A program made the position numbers and the translations under genes. From NCBI RefSeq assembly GCF_964204645.1, contig NC_134027.1, positions 5,922,485-5,986,484 of the forward strand: 64,000 bases of DNA, given 5' to 3'. Positions 51,901 through 62,290 of the stretch are shown one piece after another (the stretch's first letter is position 1; each line of letters begins with the position of its first letter). The notes under the pieces are model-generated. The model was not told the origin of the DNA and did not search any database. It worked only from the letters and a program-made list of their open reading frames with translations. The DNA is from Tubulanus polymorphus (Eukaryota > Animalia > Nemertea).

Positions 51901-54900
51901 ACACGACGCACATGTTTGCCCATGTACACATCAGTAAGGTTAAGAAAAAGATTCCACTAAAAAACATTGTTGGTAATTTGTTGACAAATGTTACACATAA
52001 GATAGTGAATCTCAAGGCACGTGATTTATAGATTATTATTGTATAGGATTTTACCAGGGCGTCATTGGGGATGTGAACCTTTCACTGAATGAATTGAAAT
52101 TGTGGAAACAACATTAGTATATGTATTCCTATTCCAAAGTATTCCTATAATCCGTCATTCGATTATTAGCAGTTATGTTTTTGTTTAAGGGAAATCTTAT
52201 TTGTATTTTCTAAGGGAATTTGAATGAGGCAACATTTTCAAACAATTTCTGGTTATGTCTTTAATATTAACCCAATAGGATAATCATGGATGTATAAACT
52301 AGAGCTATAGTTTATACAGCCGTGATCCATTGTAGGGAGACATCAATGAAATTATTCTATAGCCAGGTGTATATGATGTTAGCATGTTCGGATTCACTGT
52401 TTGATAGTACAGCAGGGTATTAGCATTGTCTCCACTGGTCAATATATGAATCATTAATCAGGCAATACTACAGCTTACTTTCATCATGGACGTATCTAGT
52501 TTATACGTCCATGCTTTCATGCATAATGAAGCAATGTATTATTTCAACTCTGGACTCAGTGATATACAACACTGTATGGTAGCCACGGTAACATACATTA
52601 CATTCAGATGTGATGATAGATGGAGCAATTTGAAAGTTTAAAACGAGATTTATTAAGTTTCAAAAATTGTTAAAATGATGTTTCGGACTCTCACAAGAAA
52701 CCAACTATGATATCAACCGATGAAGACAATGCTACCTGTATGCCCTAGCTAGCCTATATGGGATATAGATATATTTTCAGAAGTATATGTGTGATTTTTT
52801 AAAGGACAAGGAATTTTTGATAATATTTATTTCATATGTGTATGTTTAAATGAATAAAATCCAATGTATACATAGGAGGTCCCCTTAATCAGCCTGTCTA
52901 CCAATAGCAATTGCCCATATAACAGGATGCCAAATTCATGTCTCCTAGGTTTAATTCCGGTATCACGTACTTATCTGTATTTTGACGGAATATGTTCTAT
53001 TATTGATGTGAGTGTGCACTTTATATATTCCAAAAAAAATCAAAACCAGAATAAAGCTGTAATGAAAACTTGTATTCATATTTTTCTCTTCCATCTAAGA
53101 TTGCATCTAAGATTCCATCTATTTTTCTCTTCCATCTGAGACTTCTCAGTTTCAGTCATCTGAACGTTTTCCCAACAAGATTTTCCTAGGAAGTTACCTA
53201 GGGTAAATGGCCTTAAGCAAATTTCAGTGAGTTTCATGGCATGAAAATTCAGGACCATGATTTAAAGACCAGGGGCCAGCTCACAGTTGTGAGTGAAGAT
53301 TTAACTCATGAGTAAACTCAATGAAAATGAACTGATTTTAGCTCTGAGTTAACTCACAACTGTGAAACTGTGGGCAGGATTTGTTCATCAGAACTAAATA
53401 TTCTTTCATTTATCCAAGAACTTTCCGTCTATCAGCTGAAATAATTGTGGGATTTTTAACATTCTACTGTTTCTAGTATTTATGTCTCAGGGTCTGGGCC
53501 TTGCTTTTCTATAATAAATAAAAGTAATAATAAAGTAAGTTTTATTTTTCCAGGTAACAGAACCGATGAATAATCCATTATCAGCTTGGTTGTTGATGAA
53601 CTCGACTAACTGCATTCTGACTGGTATTCCATCTACAATTGATCTCGGTGCTACCATATTACACTTTCGGACATGCTTCAATCAGAGTGCAGAGATCTGT
53701 CAAATGTCAGTAAAACTTACTGTGTCCATTGTGGCAGAAAAATCAAGCGAGAAGAATGATGAATCTGAAAACTGTTTTCAACATACACCTTTACTCATGG
53801 CAGAATTGATTCTGGTTGCTTCATACTATGAAGTCGATGTCTCTCATTGGATCCGTGTTTTGAAGCGAATGGCTCAATTTCTCCAGATACCCGTGAATCG
53901 TATGTCAATAAGGCCTGTGAAACATTACAAAATTAAAACGAATATAGAATATACAGTGCTTGCAATGGGTCCTGGAAACTCTTTGAGATACTCGAGTACA
54001 CAAGGAGTTGAACTTTTGTGGTACCTGCCGTGTGGTGTCATCAGTGAAATGAATAGCTTTACAAAAATATTGCAGCATAATGTAATTGAAGGCAGGATTC
54101 CATCCATAATTGGACATGATATTTCAAAATGGTTCGTTATATCGATCAGAAGAGAGCATGTATCCTTCCAAAAGAAAGTTAGGCGCTATCGGAGAGCAGT
54201 AACACAAACCATGTCATCATCAACACCAACCAGATTTACATCCAATGTTACGATGAGTCAGACATCAACTGGTGTGCATGCATCGAGCTCAATGGCTGGA
54301 ATAATACCTACGTCTTCACTTAATATCACAAATTCAGTGTCAAGCACTACAAACAATGTGAACCTGCCAAGTAACAGTATGCGTATTACTCCACCACTTC
54401 CACAAGAAAAGACCACAATATTCGCATCAAACTCCTCAACAGTTTTGAAAACTGCGTCTGTCACAATTTCAGCAACATGTAAGCATACAATTTTTCCAAC
54501 ACAAGTTTATCCTTCAAAAATTCCAACAAGTATTACCCTAACTGAAACGATACTCAGTAGTCTAAATACATCCTCGGTGGTGGGCCAAATTCATCCTTCA
54601 ACTCTTGCTTTTCAAGGGATTAGTTCACTGTCTAGTAGTATGGTTGATACATCCATTCAATATACCAAAACAACTTCATTACTATACTCGAGCAATTTAA
54701 CTGCAATGATGAATAGTGCAATGGAAGCAAGTTCTGATACCAGTAAATCAAATCAACTTGAAACCTTGAGTAATAGAATAAGAACATATTCATTGTCAGA
54801 TTCCTTACAAATGACTACACCAGTCTCCCATTCTGTATCAGTTTCCCCTTTATCATCAATAGCTCTCTTTGAATCAAGTTCTCTGCTGATAAGATCAGTT

Positions 54901-57460
54901 GCAATGTCAAGTGTAAATAGGGTATCTGTACCTTCTGCTGTAAGCCAGTCCTCCACGACGCCGTCCTTCACGATACCGTCCTCCACGACGCCATCCTCTA
55001 CAACACCATCCGCCATTACAGATTTATTGTCAATGATGACTTCATTTAAAGAAACAGAATCCATTATCGCAGTTTCTTCTAAATATACATCAGCTGTAAC
55101 TCAGTCAAATTCTATCATCTCCGATTGGGATAGTAGTGGTATATCCCTAATCTCAAATGTCTTCCAGACATCACCTATGGAATCAGGTGTCAGTAATTCG
55201 AGGACTGGTACCTCCAAAGTTTCCCCTAATTCGATATCATTTATGGAAACTTTCACTTTACTTGAAAGTTCATTGCACAGTATTATCCAGGCTTCGATAT
55301 CCACCCTGTCGATTGAATCAAGTGCATATTCATTCGATATGAATTCGACGTCAAGTTCATCGGTTCCATCATTGTCATTTAGTTATCCGTCCATCATAAG
55401 TTCTAATGAATTTATTCTATCATCCACTGCAAGCAAGGAAATGTTGACAACTCATGAATCAAATGTTAGTTATACATCAGCGACATCCACAAAATATTCA
55501 AGGTCTTATTCAATGAATCTGTCAACCTCAATATTTACTGCTTTTTCATCTGAACAGTGGAGAAGTTTCTCTTTCTCAGATAGCAGTAGAATGCTAACAA
55601 CTCAGGAAAAACATCAATCTAATTCATCTCATACTTTCAACCCTACATTTTCTGAGATTTTCACTGCTACATCTGTGAATAATTCATTGAAATCAACATT
55701 TTCCCCAACATTGGTAAAGCCATCAGAGTCGGTCTTTACTGAATCCACCTCATATTACGTGAAACCTTCAATTTTAGTATCAAGTTATTCAACATCGCAG
55801 TTGGATGCGTCACACTTTTCTCGCCCATCGTTTTCAACGCCATTACAATCAACACCATATATACCAGAAGAATTAACATCATTCTCAATGAAAGATTCTT
55901 CTACGTTTTCATCTGTTTCATCTACATTTTCATCAGTGGTTTCTTCCCCTATATTCAACGAATCGGTCATGTCTCATTCAACGACTAAAATCTTTCATAA
56001 TGTTAGCGCTATTGAAATGTCTTCATTGCCAATTGCTAAATCTAGCCAGCCTTTATTTACTAGTAGAGGTACAATTTCTTCATCACCCACTACTTCTAGC
56101 CACTCTATCAGCCCGTCTCTGGAAAAGGGATCATTATTAAGTAACAGTTACTCTACAAGCTTGATTACTTTCCAAAGCATGGTTCCTACCTCCAGCAGCA
56201 TTACTAATGAAATTATATGTAAGTATTAACTCATTCTTTAGAGCAGCAGCTACTTTTTCACAATACAAAAATAGAATATTCTTTAATATTTCTGAATTTT
56301 CAGCACCTTCAAATATACGGAGACCTTCTCTTGATAATCCTCTGAAGAAGCTACACGCCAGGATCGGGCATTATTTTCATTATATTGTCCCTGAAAATAC
56401 GTTCAGTGACACAACAGATGGTGGTACAAGACGTTTAACCTTGCTGTTGAAAGATGGAAATTATCGAAATTTAACAAAACAGTCGTGGATACAGTTCAAC
56501 GAATCATCTCAAACAATGATTGGACTTCCTTTAGACTCTGTGCTCATAAACGAAGTGCAACAATTCATCTTGATCGCTACAAATAGTCAACGATTAACCG
56601 TCGCAGATGCTTTCGTTATATCAATCAATGCTTCCAATTTTCGTGATTTTAATCACAAGTTTTCAGTGAAATTCAACACCACATATGATTTATTTGTACG
56701 AAGGCAAGTGAATTTACTGCGTCTGATCTCTCGATTAGCGTTGTACTTCGGCGACAGTGATCCATCAGCACTGGTAGTTAACTCATTGAAACGCGGTTCT
56801 GTGGAGTTGAACTTTAGTAATGGTTCAGTTTCGACAAATACCTGCGATCAAGTGGCGCTCGATAACTTGATTTCATTGTTAATATATAAAAATGGGACTG
56901 TTAACAAAAAGTTCATTTCAGAAATGGCACCTGAATATCCCGTGATGGGTGTAAAAGTGATAAAACTTGGGAATTGTGTCGCTAGTACCGCCTCTCCTAT
57001 AATTAATCCGGAAGACAGTGATAACCCAACTGTTGCCATAATCGTGCCCATTATAATTGTAATACTTGTCATAGTAATGATCGTTATTCTAATGATATGC
57101 TTGCACCGTCGTCGTGAACAGAAAGGTCGGTTATTGTTCGGGTATGAAGAGCGTCGTACGTACAATCCTGATCGTAAACCGGTGTTAATGCCGTACGATT
57201 GTGACCCCGCTAGTGTCGGCGGCGCCCCGTACAAACCACGACGACCGCTTACTTTTGACAACGAAGTATTCGAAGCTGAAATGGCTCCGCGTATTACATC
57301 ACAAACTCAGCCTCCTTCGCGACCAGACCCTCCGTCGTATAATATACCCTTGGATGATTTAGATGGCGGTAGAACATCAGCTGTCCCTCCTGGTAGTTTT
57401 AGTGATCTTCCACCTCCGTACAGAATTCCACCACCATACATCGAAAATACAAATGCTTAG
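48980..57460 (+). CDS. Dystroglycan-like type I membrane protein (3 coding exons, ~1,360 aa)
   Basis: Exons 48980-49240, 53554-56218 and 56304-57460 join in frame. Hydrophobic signal-like N-terminus; cadherin-like domain (LSAWL...LTGIP); furin site RRYRR; ~670-aa Ser/Thr mucin; second cadherin-like domain (YIVPENTFSD..DG, SWIQFN); SEA-type KRGSVEL; TM helix followed by basic HRRREQKGRL; cytoplasmic PPSY and PPPYRIPPPY. This matches DAG1 architecture; ortholog versus paralog is not resolved. Confidence 0.88.
49436..49678. mobile_element. Fold-back insertion, probably a PLE end lacking the CUGANGA core
   Basis: ~105-bp inverted arms (49444-49550 / 49559-49665) centred on aacgttttc...gaaaacgtt, with a 13-bp direct repeat attaagagaatct at 49436-49448 and 49666-49678. 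Confidence 0.65.
50898..52031 (+). CDS. GT32 / DXD sugar-binding glycosyltransferase (Och1/MIPC-synthase-like), type II membrane, intronless, nested gene
   Basis: N-terminal TM helix; IPKIIHQTWK, HPDWEYWFWSD, RADAIRYFILYEFGGVYADID (DXD), NALM.S.P.HP and GP motifs; acceptor ttttcag at 50887 just upstream of the ATG. Confidence 0.92.
   Translation: MVNNRIIWIPTSAIKSGFLILVALWIMLALGYIYHTYTMHQLAICPSSNPVPVVETRFSGTYTLNYPVYRYDVAAIIEQLKRVNHHPHRRKCPWQIPKIIHQTWKDEMIPIQFNKTISSMVANHPDWEYWFWSDALAEEFVRKRFPNYLHMYKNYPKAINRADAIRYFILYEFGGVYADIDMQSLRPLDELLDFHTFLIPEDHPVHTNVVFHLNRIPLNALMMSVPKHPIIKSVILHLAEFAKQKNVLWVAGPMMFENVLTKYEKTLASRTNVSLCDSIYLADWQQFIPQHSKNPPDIKFFRNKCKRIHTPKHREQCVILKQRKFIPKPIPPSAYTTHMFAHVHISKVKKKIPLKNIVGNLLTNVTHKIVNLKARDL
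52285..52513. repeat. Two copies of a small hairpin element (catggacgtata...tatacgtccatg family)
   Basis: atcatggatgtataaactagagctatagtttatacagccgtgat (~52283-52326) and catggacgtatctagtttatacgtccatg (~52485-52513); a related hairpin lies at ~16218-16251. Confidence 0.55.
53272..53372. mobile_element. Small TIR element
   Basis: cagctcacagttgtgagt ... actcacaactgtgaaactg inverted ends. Confidence 0.55.
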
Positions 57461-58374
57461 ATATATGTACATGTATATATTGTCAACGACTATTCATAAC
57501 GAATAACGATTTTAATTTGTTAATAATTGACGATAATCATGTTTTAACATCTGTAAAAATCATCTTTTATTTACCAATATTTTATTTACTTTCCATCTTC
57601 AATATTGCTCATAAAAAGTTAACTGAAATGTACATAATTGTTTATAACGGTATTCTAATGAAATGTTATAAAATAGAAACTAATAATGTACATAGATGAT
57701 TTATTGTGATTTGTGGATGTTTTTAAACTGGCTTCAGCTCCGCTATGTTCCAATAGGGTTGTATTAAAACGAATGGCACTTTTTCAATCCAGGTTCATAG
57801 GTTCGAATGTATGGTTTAAGTATTAGCCTTGTTATATATGTCCAGTGCCCGTTCCACTCGGGCATGTTGTATTTTTGTCGTATATTTCCTAAATCTTTGA
57901 GACAATGTTTTACGAACTGAAAATAAACTTTGAAAAATAATTATCTTTGTTTTGTATGTCTCTTGGAATTTACATTTAATGCGTTCTGTTACATCAACGC
58001 TGAATATTTTTTTTCGAGGATTTCCTGCAGCAGAGTACCATTAGACGCATGTATTCCGGCATTTTCGAAACGGTTTAGGTTTTCATAAAAATACGGGTAG
58101 TTCTTGAGATTTATCATTAACGATCTGAATGACATTTATCTGATTTTTTGTTTTCATTTGTATATATAGAGCACATGATTTTGTCCTCGCGTCATATAGA
58201 ACCGGTACAGATAAAACAAACAGGTCGACAAAATTAATTCCACGATGCTATGTTAAACGTATGCGACCTCGTCTATTGATATACAACGATTAACTCTATA
58301 CTACCAACTGTTCTGGTTTCTGTTTCGCACATGACACTCGTCAACTCTTTCGGATTACTTATCGATATTTGAAT

Positions 58375-59472
58375 ATGGCAGACTGTAACCAGAAATTCTT
58401 CAATGTTGATGAACTAATTCTTCCAATTCAAATGTCCGATAAAAAGACAATATTTTCTTTCGACATGGGAGGCTCATTGTGTAAAATTGCATATGCTGTG
58501 CCTTCGGAGGAAGATAACAAGCGGACGAAGATATGTATGCTGACTTTTGAGAACCACGATTTCCGAGAAGCCGCGGAATTCATGAAGGCTGAAATTATCG
58601 AAAAGGGAAGAAAAGACACTGAAATTCAAGCAATCGGCTTGGGCATAGGTAGTCGCACAGATAAGCAAACGTTTCGCGAGGTTGTCAAAGTTGAAGCGGA
58701 GCTTTCAGATGAGTTTCAAGCATTTTCGACCGCATTTTCGTACATGCTGAAAAACATGAAAGAGGAAGATTATCTTCACCCGTATACTGATGTTCAGCTA
58801 CCACCGAGAGATGCAATGGGATACCCGCCTTTATCCCAGAGACTTCTTAGAATTTCGGAGGAAATCAAAAGTCGAAAGAGTATTTACCCGGCGCTTCTTG
58901 GATTTTGTGGCTCTGGACTTGGTTTCTTGGCTGTTGATGAAAATGGTGAATTTGAAATATGTGGTGGCAGCATGAAAGCGGGTTTGTTTTACCTGGCAAT
59001 GGGGTGTCAGTTAACTGGTGTAAAATCTTACGACGAGTTATACGAATTAGCAGAAAAAGGAGATGCTACGGTAATCAACACAACCATACTTGATTTCCAG
59101 AACGTCGAAGATTACGGCGAACACAACATCAGCAAGATGACCGATTCGATGCCGTTTGTTTTCGAAGCGGTGCCGTTTGGCAATATCATCCGTAAGAAAG
59201 TTTCCAATCCGAAAAAAGAAGACCTTGCTCGAGCTCTGCTGCACGCGACGTGTGAAGAGATAGTCACGTGGAGTACCGTAATTGCGCGTGAATTCAGAAC
59301 CAATACTATTTATCTGGCTGGGAGTTTCCTAAAGAATAATGAATTAGCCAAGAAGTATCTCGAACGTTTACCGATGATAAGTGCATACTTCGGAGAACCC
59401 ATTCGTATTCGATATATCAAATTCGAACCCTACATGGGTGTCTTGGGTGCTTTAATATCGAAACTTATCTAG
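58375..59472 (+). CDS. Divergent type II (fumble) pantothenate kinase-like protein, intronless
   Basis: DMGGSLCKIAY (phosphate-1), SDEF, YPALLGFCGSG, GGS..AGLF...QLTG, AEKGD, FGN, KEDLARALL, IYLAGSFL and YMGVLGAL follow the PanK-II motif order; first ATG at 58375. Confidence 0.85.
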   Translation: MADCNQKFFNVDELILPIQMSDKKTIFSFDMGGSLCKIAYAVPSEEDNKRTKICMLTFENHDFREAAEFMKAEIIEKGRKDTEIQAIGLGIGSRTDKQTFREVVKVEAELSDEFQAFSTAFSYMLKNMKEEDYLHPYTDVQLPPRDAMGYPPLSQRLLRISEEIKSRKSIYPALLGFCGSGLGFLAVDENGEFEICGGSMKAGLFYLAMGCQLTGVKSYDELYELAEKGDATVINTTILDFQNVEDYGEHNISKMTDSMPFVFEAVPFGNIIRKKVSNPKKEDLARALLHATCEEIVTWSTVIAREFRTNTIYLAGSFLKNNELAKKYLERLPMISAYFGEPIRIRYIKFEPYMGVLGALISKLI

Positions 59473-60208
59473 GGTTTATGTTATTCAGTAACTTGTCTGT
59501 GGTTTAGTTTCACGACTTCGGATATTTTCACAAAGCCCATCCGATTGTAAAAAAGCTCACCACCAACGATTAGGTAACTAATAGGGTTTACGGCTGCTAC
59601 TCTGTTGGGACAGTCTTTCATGTAGTAATTTAGTAAGTAATAGACATGGAAACTGAGAAAAACTCCAAATTATTGTATATACATGTATCATTAAATTTGT
59701 CTCAACGTGTAATCACAGTTGAAGAGTAATTATTACTCAGCTCCTTAATAAATCCTAGTGAAAGACGTACTCGAAAGGCTTTAGTAAATTGCTTCTTACA
59801 ATCATAAAGCTTATTGACAGTCACAAAGCAGTCGTCGATACTCATTCCTTGCACCTACCCTCCGCTCCGTCTGAAAGTCTGAAGTTGGCGCCCTGCCGCC
59901 TTTTGGCCATGCACCGATCCGCCTCCTCGCGCGGGGAAGAATGAGCATCTCGAAGTGCGGTGGTCGAGGAGACTTTGAGGTACGATTGCAAAGAAAGCTC
60001 GGACCACACCTGTACTCTGTATAACGGTTGAATACTACGCAGTCCAATGAACATTTTTTGCCAAAAATATCCAAGAAAATACAGCGTGCCACTAGCGGTG
60101 GATGTCGTAAATTGTTAGAGATTGAATTGAATTTATATACTGTAGTATGCTCTGGCAGTTGAATATTAGACTGGTACCGGTGGGCACGCTACGAGCACTA
60201 AATTCAAG

Positions 60209-62290
60209 ATGGCGGACTGGCAGAACGATGCCTTGTTAATCGATGGCCGGCCTATAAGCGAACTTCGAGTGGTTGATCTCAAAAAAGAACTCGAAAAACG
60301 GGGTTTGAATAAAAGTGGTACCAAGAAAGACCTGTTAGAACGACTTACACAGGTACTGCTAAAAATAGTCGATATTCGCTTGTACAAAGTCAGACAATTG
60401 TGTGGACTGGAAACCGAGCGAGGCTAAATCTCGGATTCGGAAGTGGATTTGCCAATAATTTGGCTCTAGTTAACGCTGTATTTTGGCTTATACATAATTT
60501 GCAAAATTAGTTTTTGGATCTTCTGCAATTTAGTGTCCCTTGTTCATAGCTAGTTTGAACCCGAACAATAAACTGTCCATAATTACACTGAAGCAGAAAT
60601 GGCAAAAGGTGACCTCAAATACGCAGTTTGAGTATGGGCTAGACCCCTCAATCCCCTATTCACTAATTATCTAGTCAATTCAAACGCTGGGTTCGGACAG
60701 GTTTATGAGACATTGGTTACGCTACATCCTACATGCTACAGCTAATTTCCTTGGGCATAGCAAACTCAACTCAAACTCTTTCGACTTCCTAATTTTAATA
60801 CTTTACTCAGAAGTGGTAATCTTCTTTTTTGCAGTTTCTGAAAACTCAAGCTGATGATGAAGACACAGATATTGAGGAAGATGCAGAAAATGGTGATGAT
60901 AATGGAGATGATGATAAAACTGAAGAAGTAAAGAGACCTGGTAGTTCATCATCTAGATCATCTTCGAAATCATCTTCCTCTCATTCAAGGTATATGTCTA
61001 TAATCAAGGGTCACTTCTGAGTGTGTTTCGAGGATTGAATACGATGACATTGTGTTGGTCAGAAGTAATTGTTTTTCCTGGAAACCTATACGGTTTGGCA
61101 TAAAATAAAATTTAAGTTATGCAAAAATTTATCACGTTATTCATCTAAGATCAACAAGATTCTAAGAAATATATTGCTGATGATATTTCATGATCTATTT
61201 CCTTACAAAAGTCTGATTGATTTTTTTGTTGTATTCATTCATAGATCATCAGGGAAATCTCGATCTGCCTCAAGATCTCCTTCTCCAAAACAAATTACGA
61301 GTATACAACCGAAGATGACTAAAGAGAAGTCCAGGTAGGAATCGGCAAAATAATGATAATCAACAGAAAAAATTTCCCTTCTGTGTTATCGATTTTATCT
61401 TGTATCTAGGTCAAGATCACCGAGCTCTGATGGGTCGTCCGGATCGGAATCAGATTCAGGATCATCGCGTTCTCCCTCCCCGAAACGATCAGTTGTCAGT
61501 AGTGTCAAGAAGCCTACTTTACAAATGAAAAAAGATGAGGTATAAACCAACAACAAATAAAATACGAAACTGCTGAGAAATTTCATTTTTACATTCACAA
61601 ATATTGTTTTGAAAATTTGATTTCCTCTGAAAAGAAATGTGTGGCCATTTATAGATGATAATTGAAATTTCATTTCTTGTATAGCTCGATGATGCAGCTG
61701 AAGACAGCTTCCATTCAGCTCTAAATGAAAGCACAGAAAAACCAAGGTAAAAGAAAATATCCCACATTGAAAGTGTTGTGAATATCAGGGATGATATACA
61801 TGTGAGAAATGTGAAAATTTCTGAAAAGTATTATTTTGTGAGAAGGATGTGAAAAAAATGTGAAAACTTCTACAGGAAATCATGTTAATTTTTTTGAAAA
61901 TTCTTGCCAGAAAATCTTTTTTTGAAAATGGCAATGTAAACATTTCAGAATCTTGTATCTCATCCCTGTAATATTCTAAATTGAGCCAGAGAAAAGTTTT
62001 TATGATCATCATTATTTTACGCATATCATCATTTCTTTCTTAGACATCTGGATATTGAAATAGATGAAGAAACACCGGTTGAAAAAGTGGATAAGAATCA
62101 AGAGGAGGCGAATGTAGAGGCAGCAGCGGAAGAGAAAGAAGATGGTGATATAAATGAAGAAGAAACGCCGACAACGAATCCGGAAGAGAGCGGCGAAAAT
62201 GAGATAGCAAAGATCAAAACTGAGGATGATATGGAAGAAGGGGAGATAAAAGATAGTCAGTCATCTAGTAATTTACTGAAGATTAAACAG
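60209..62290 (+). CDS. ACIN1: Acinus-like SAP-domain / RS-rich protein, 5' part (gene continues beyond last exon seen)
   Basis: Exons 60209-60352, 60835-60989, 61245-61334, 61410-61539, 61685-61746 and 62044-62290 are in frame. SAP domain IDGRPISELRVVDLKKELEKRGLNKSGTKKDLLERL (DGxP start is Acinus-like), then acidic and Ser/Arg-rich low complexity. A YY1-like caagatggcgg overlaps the ATG. Confidence 0.7.

Noticed and set aside
59740-60011. Telomerase RNA or RNase P/MRP assignment
   Set aside because: No CUAACCCU template, U-rich pseudoknot loop, P6.1 or H box, and CR-I/CR-V-like matches are partial; kept only as an unassigned structured candidate.
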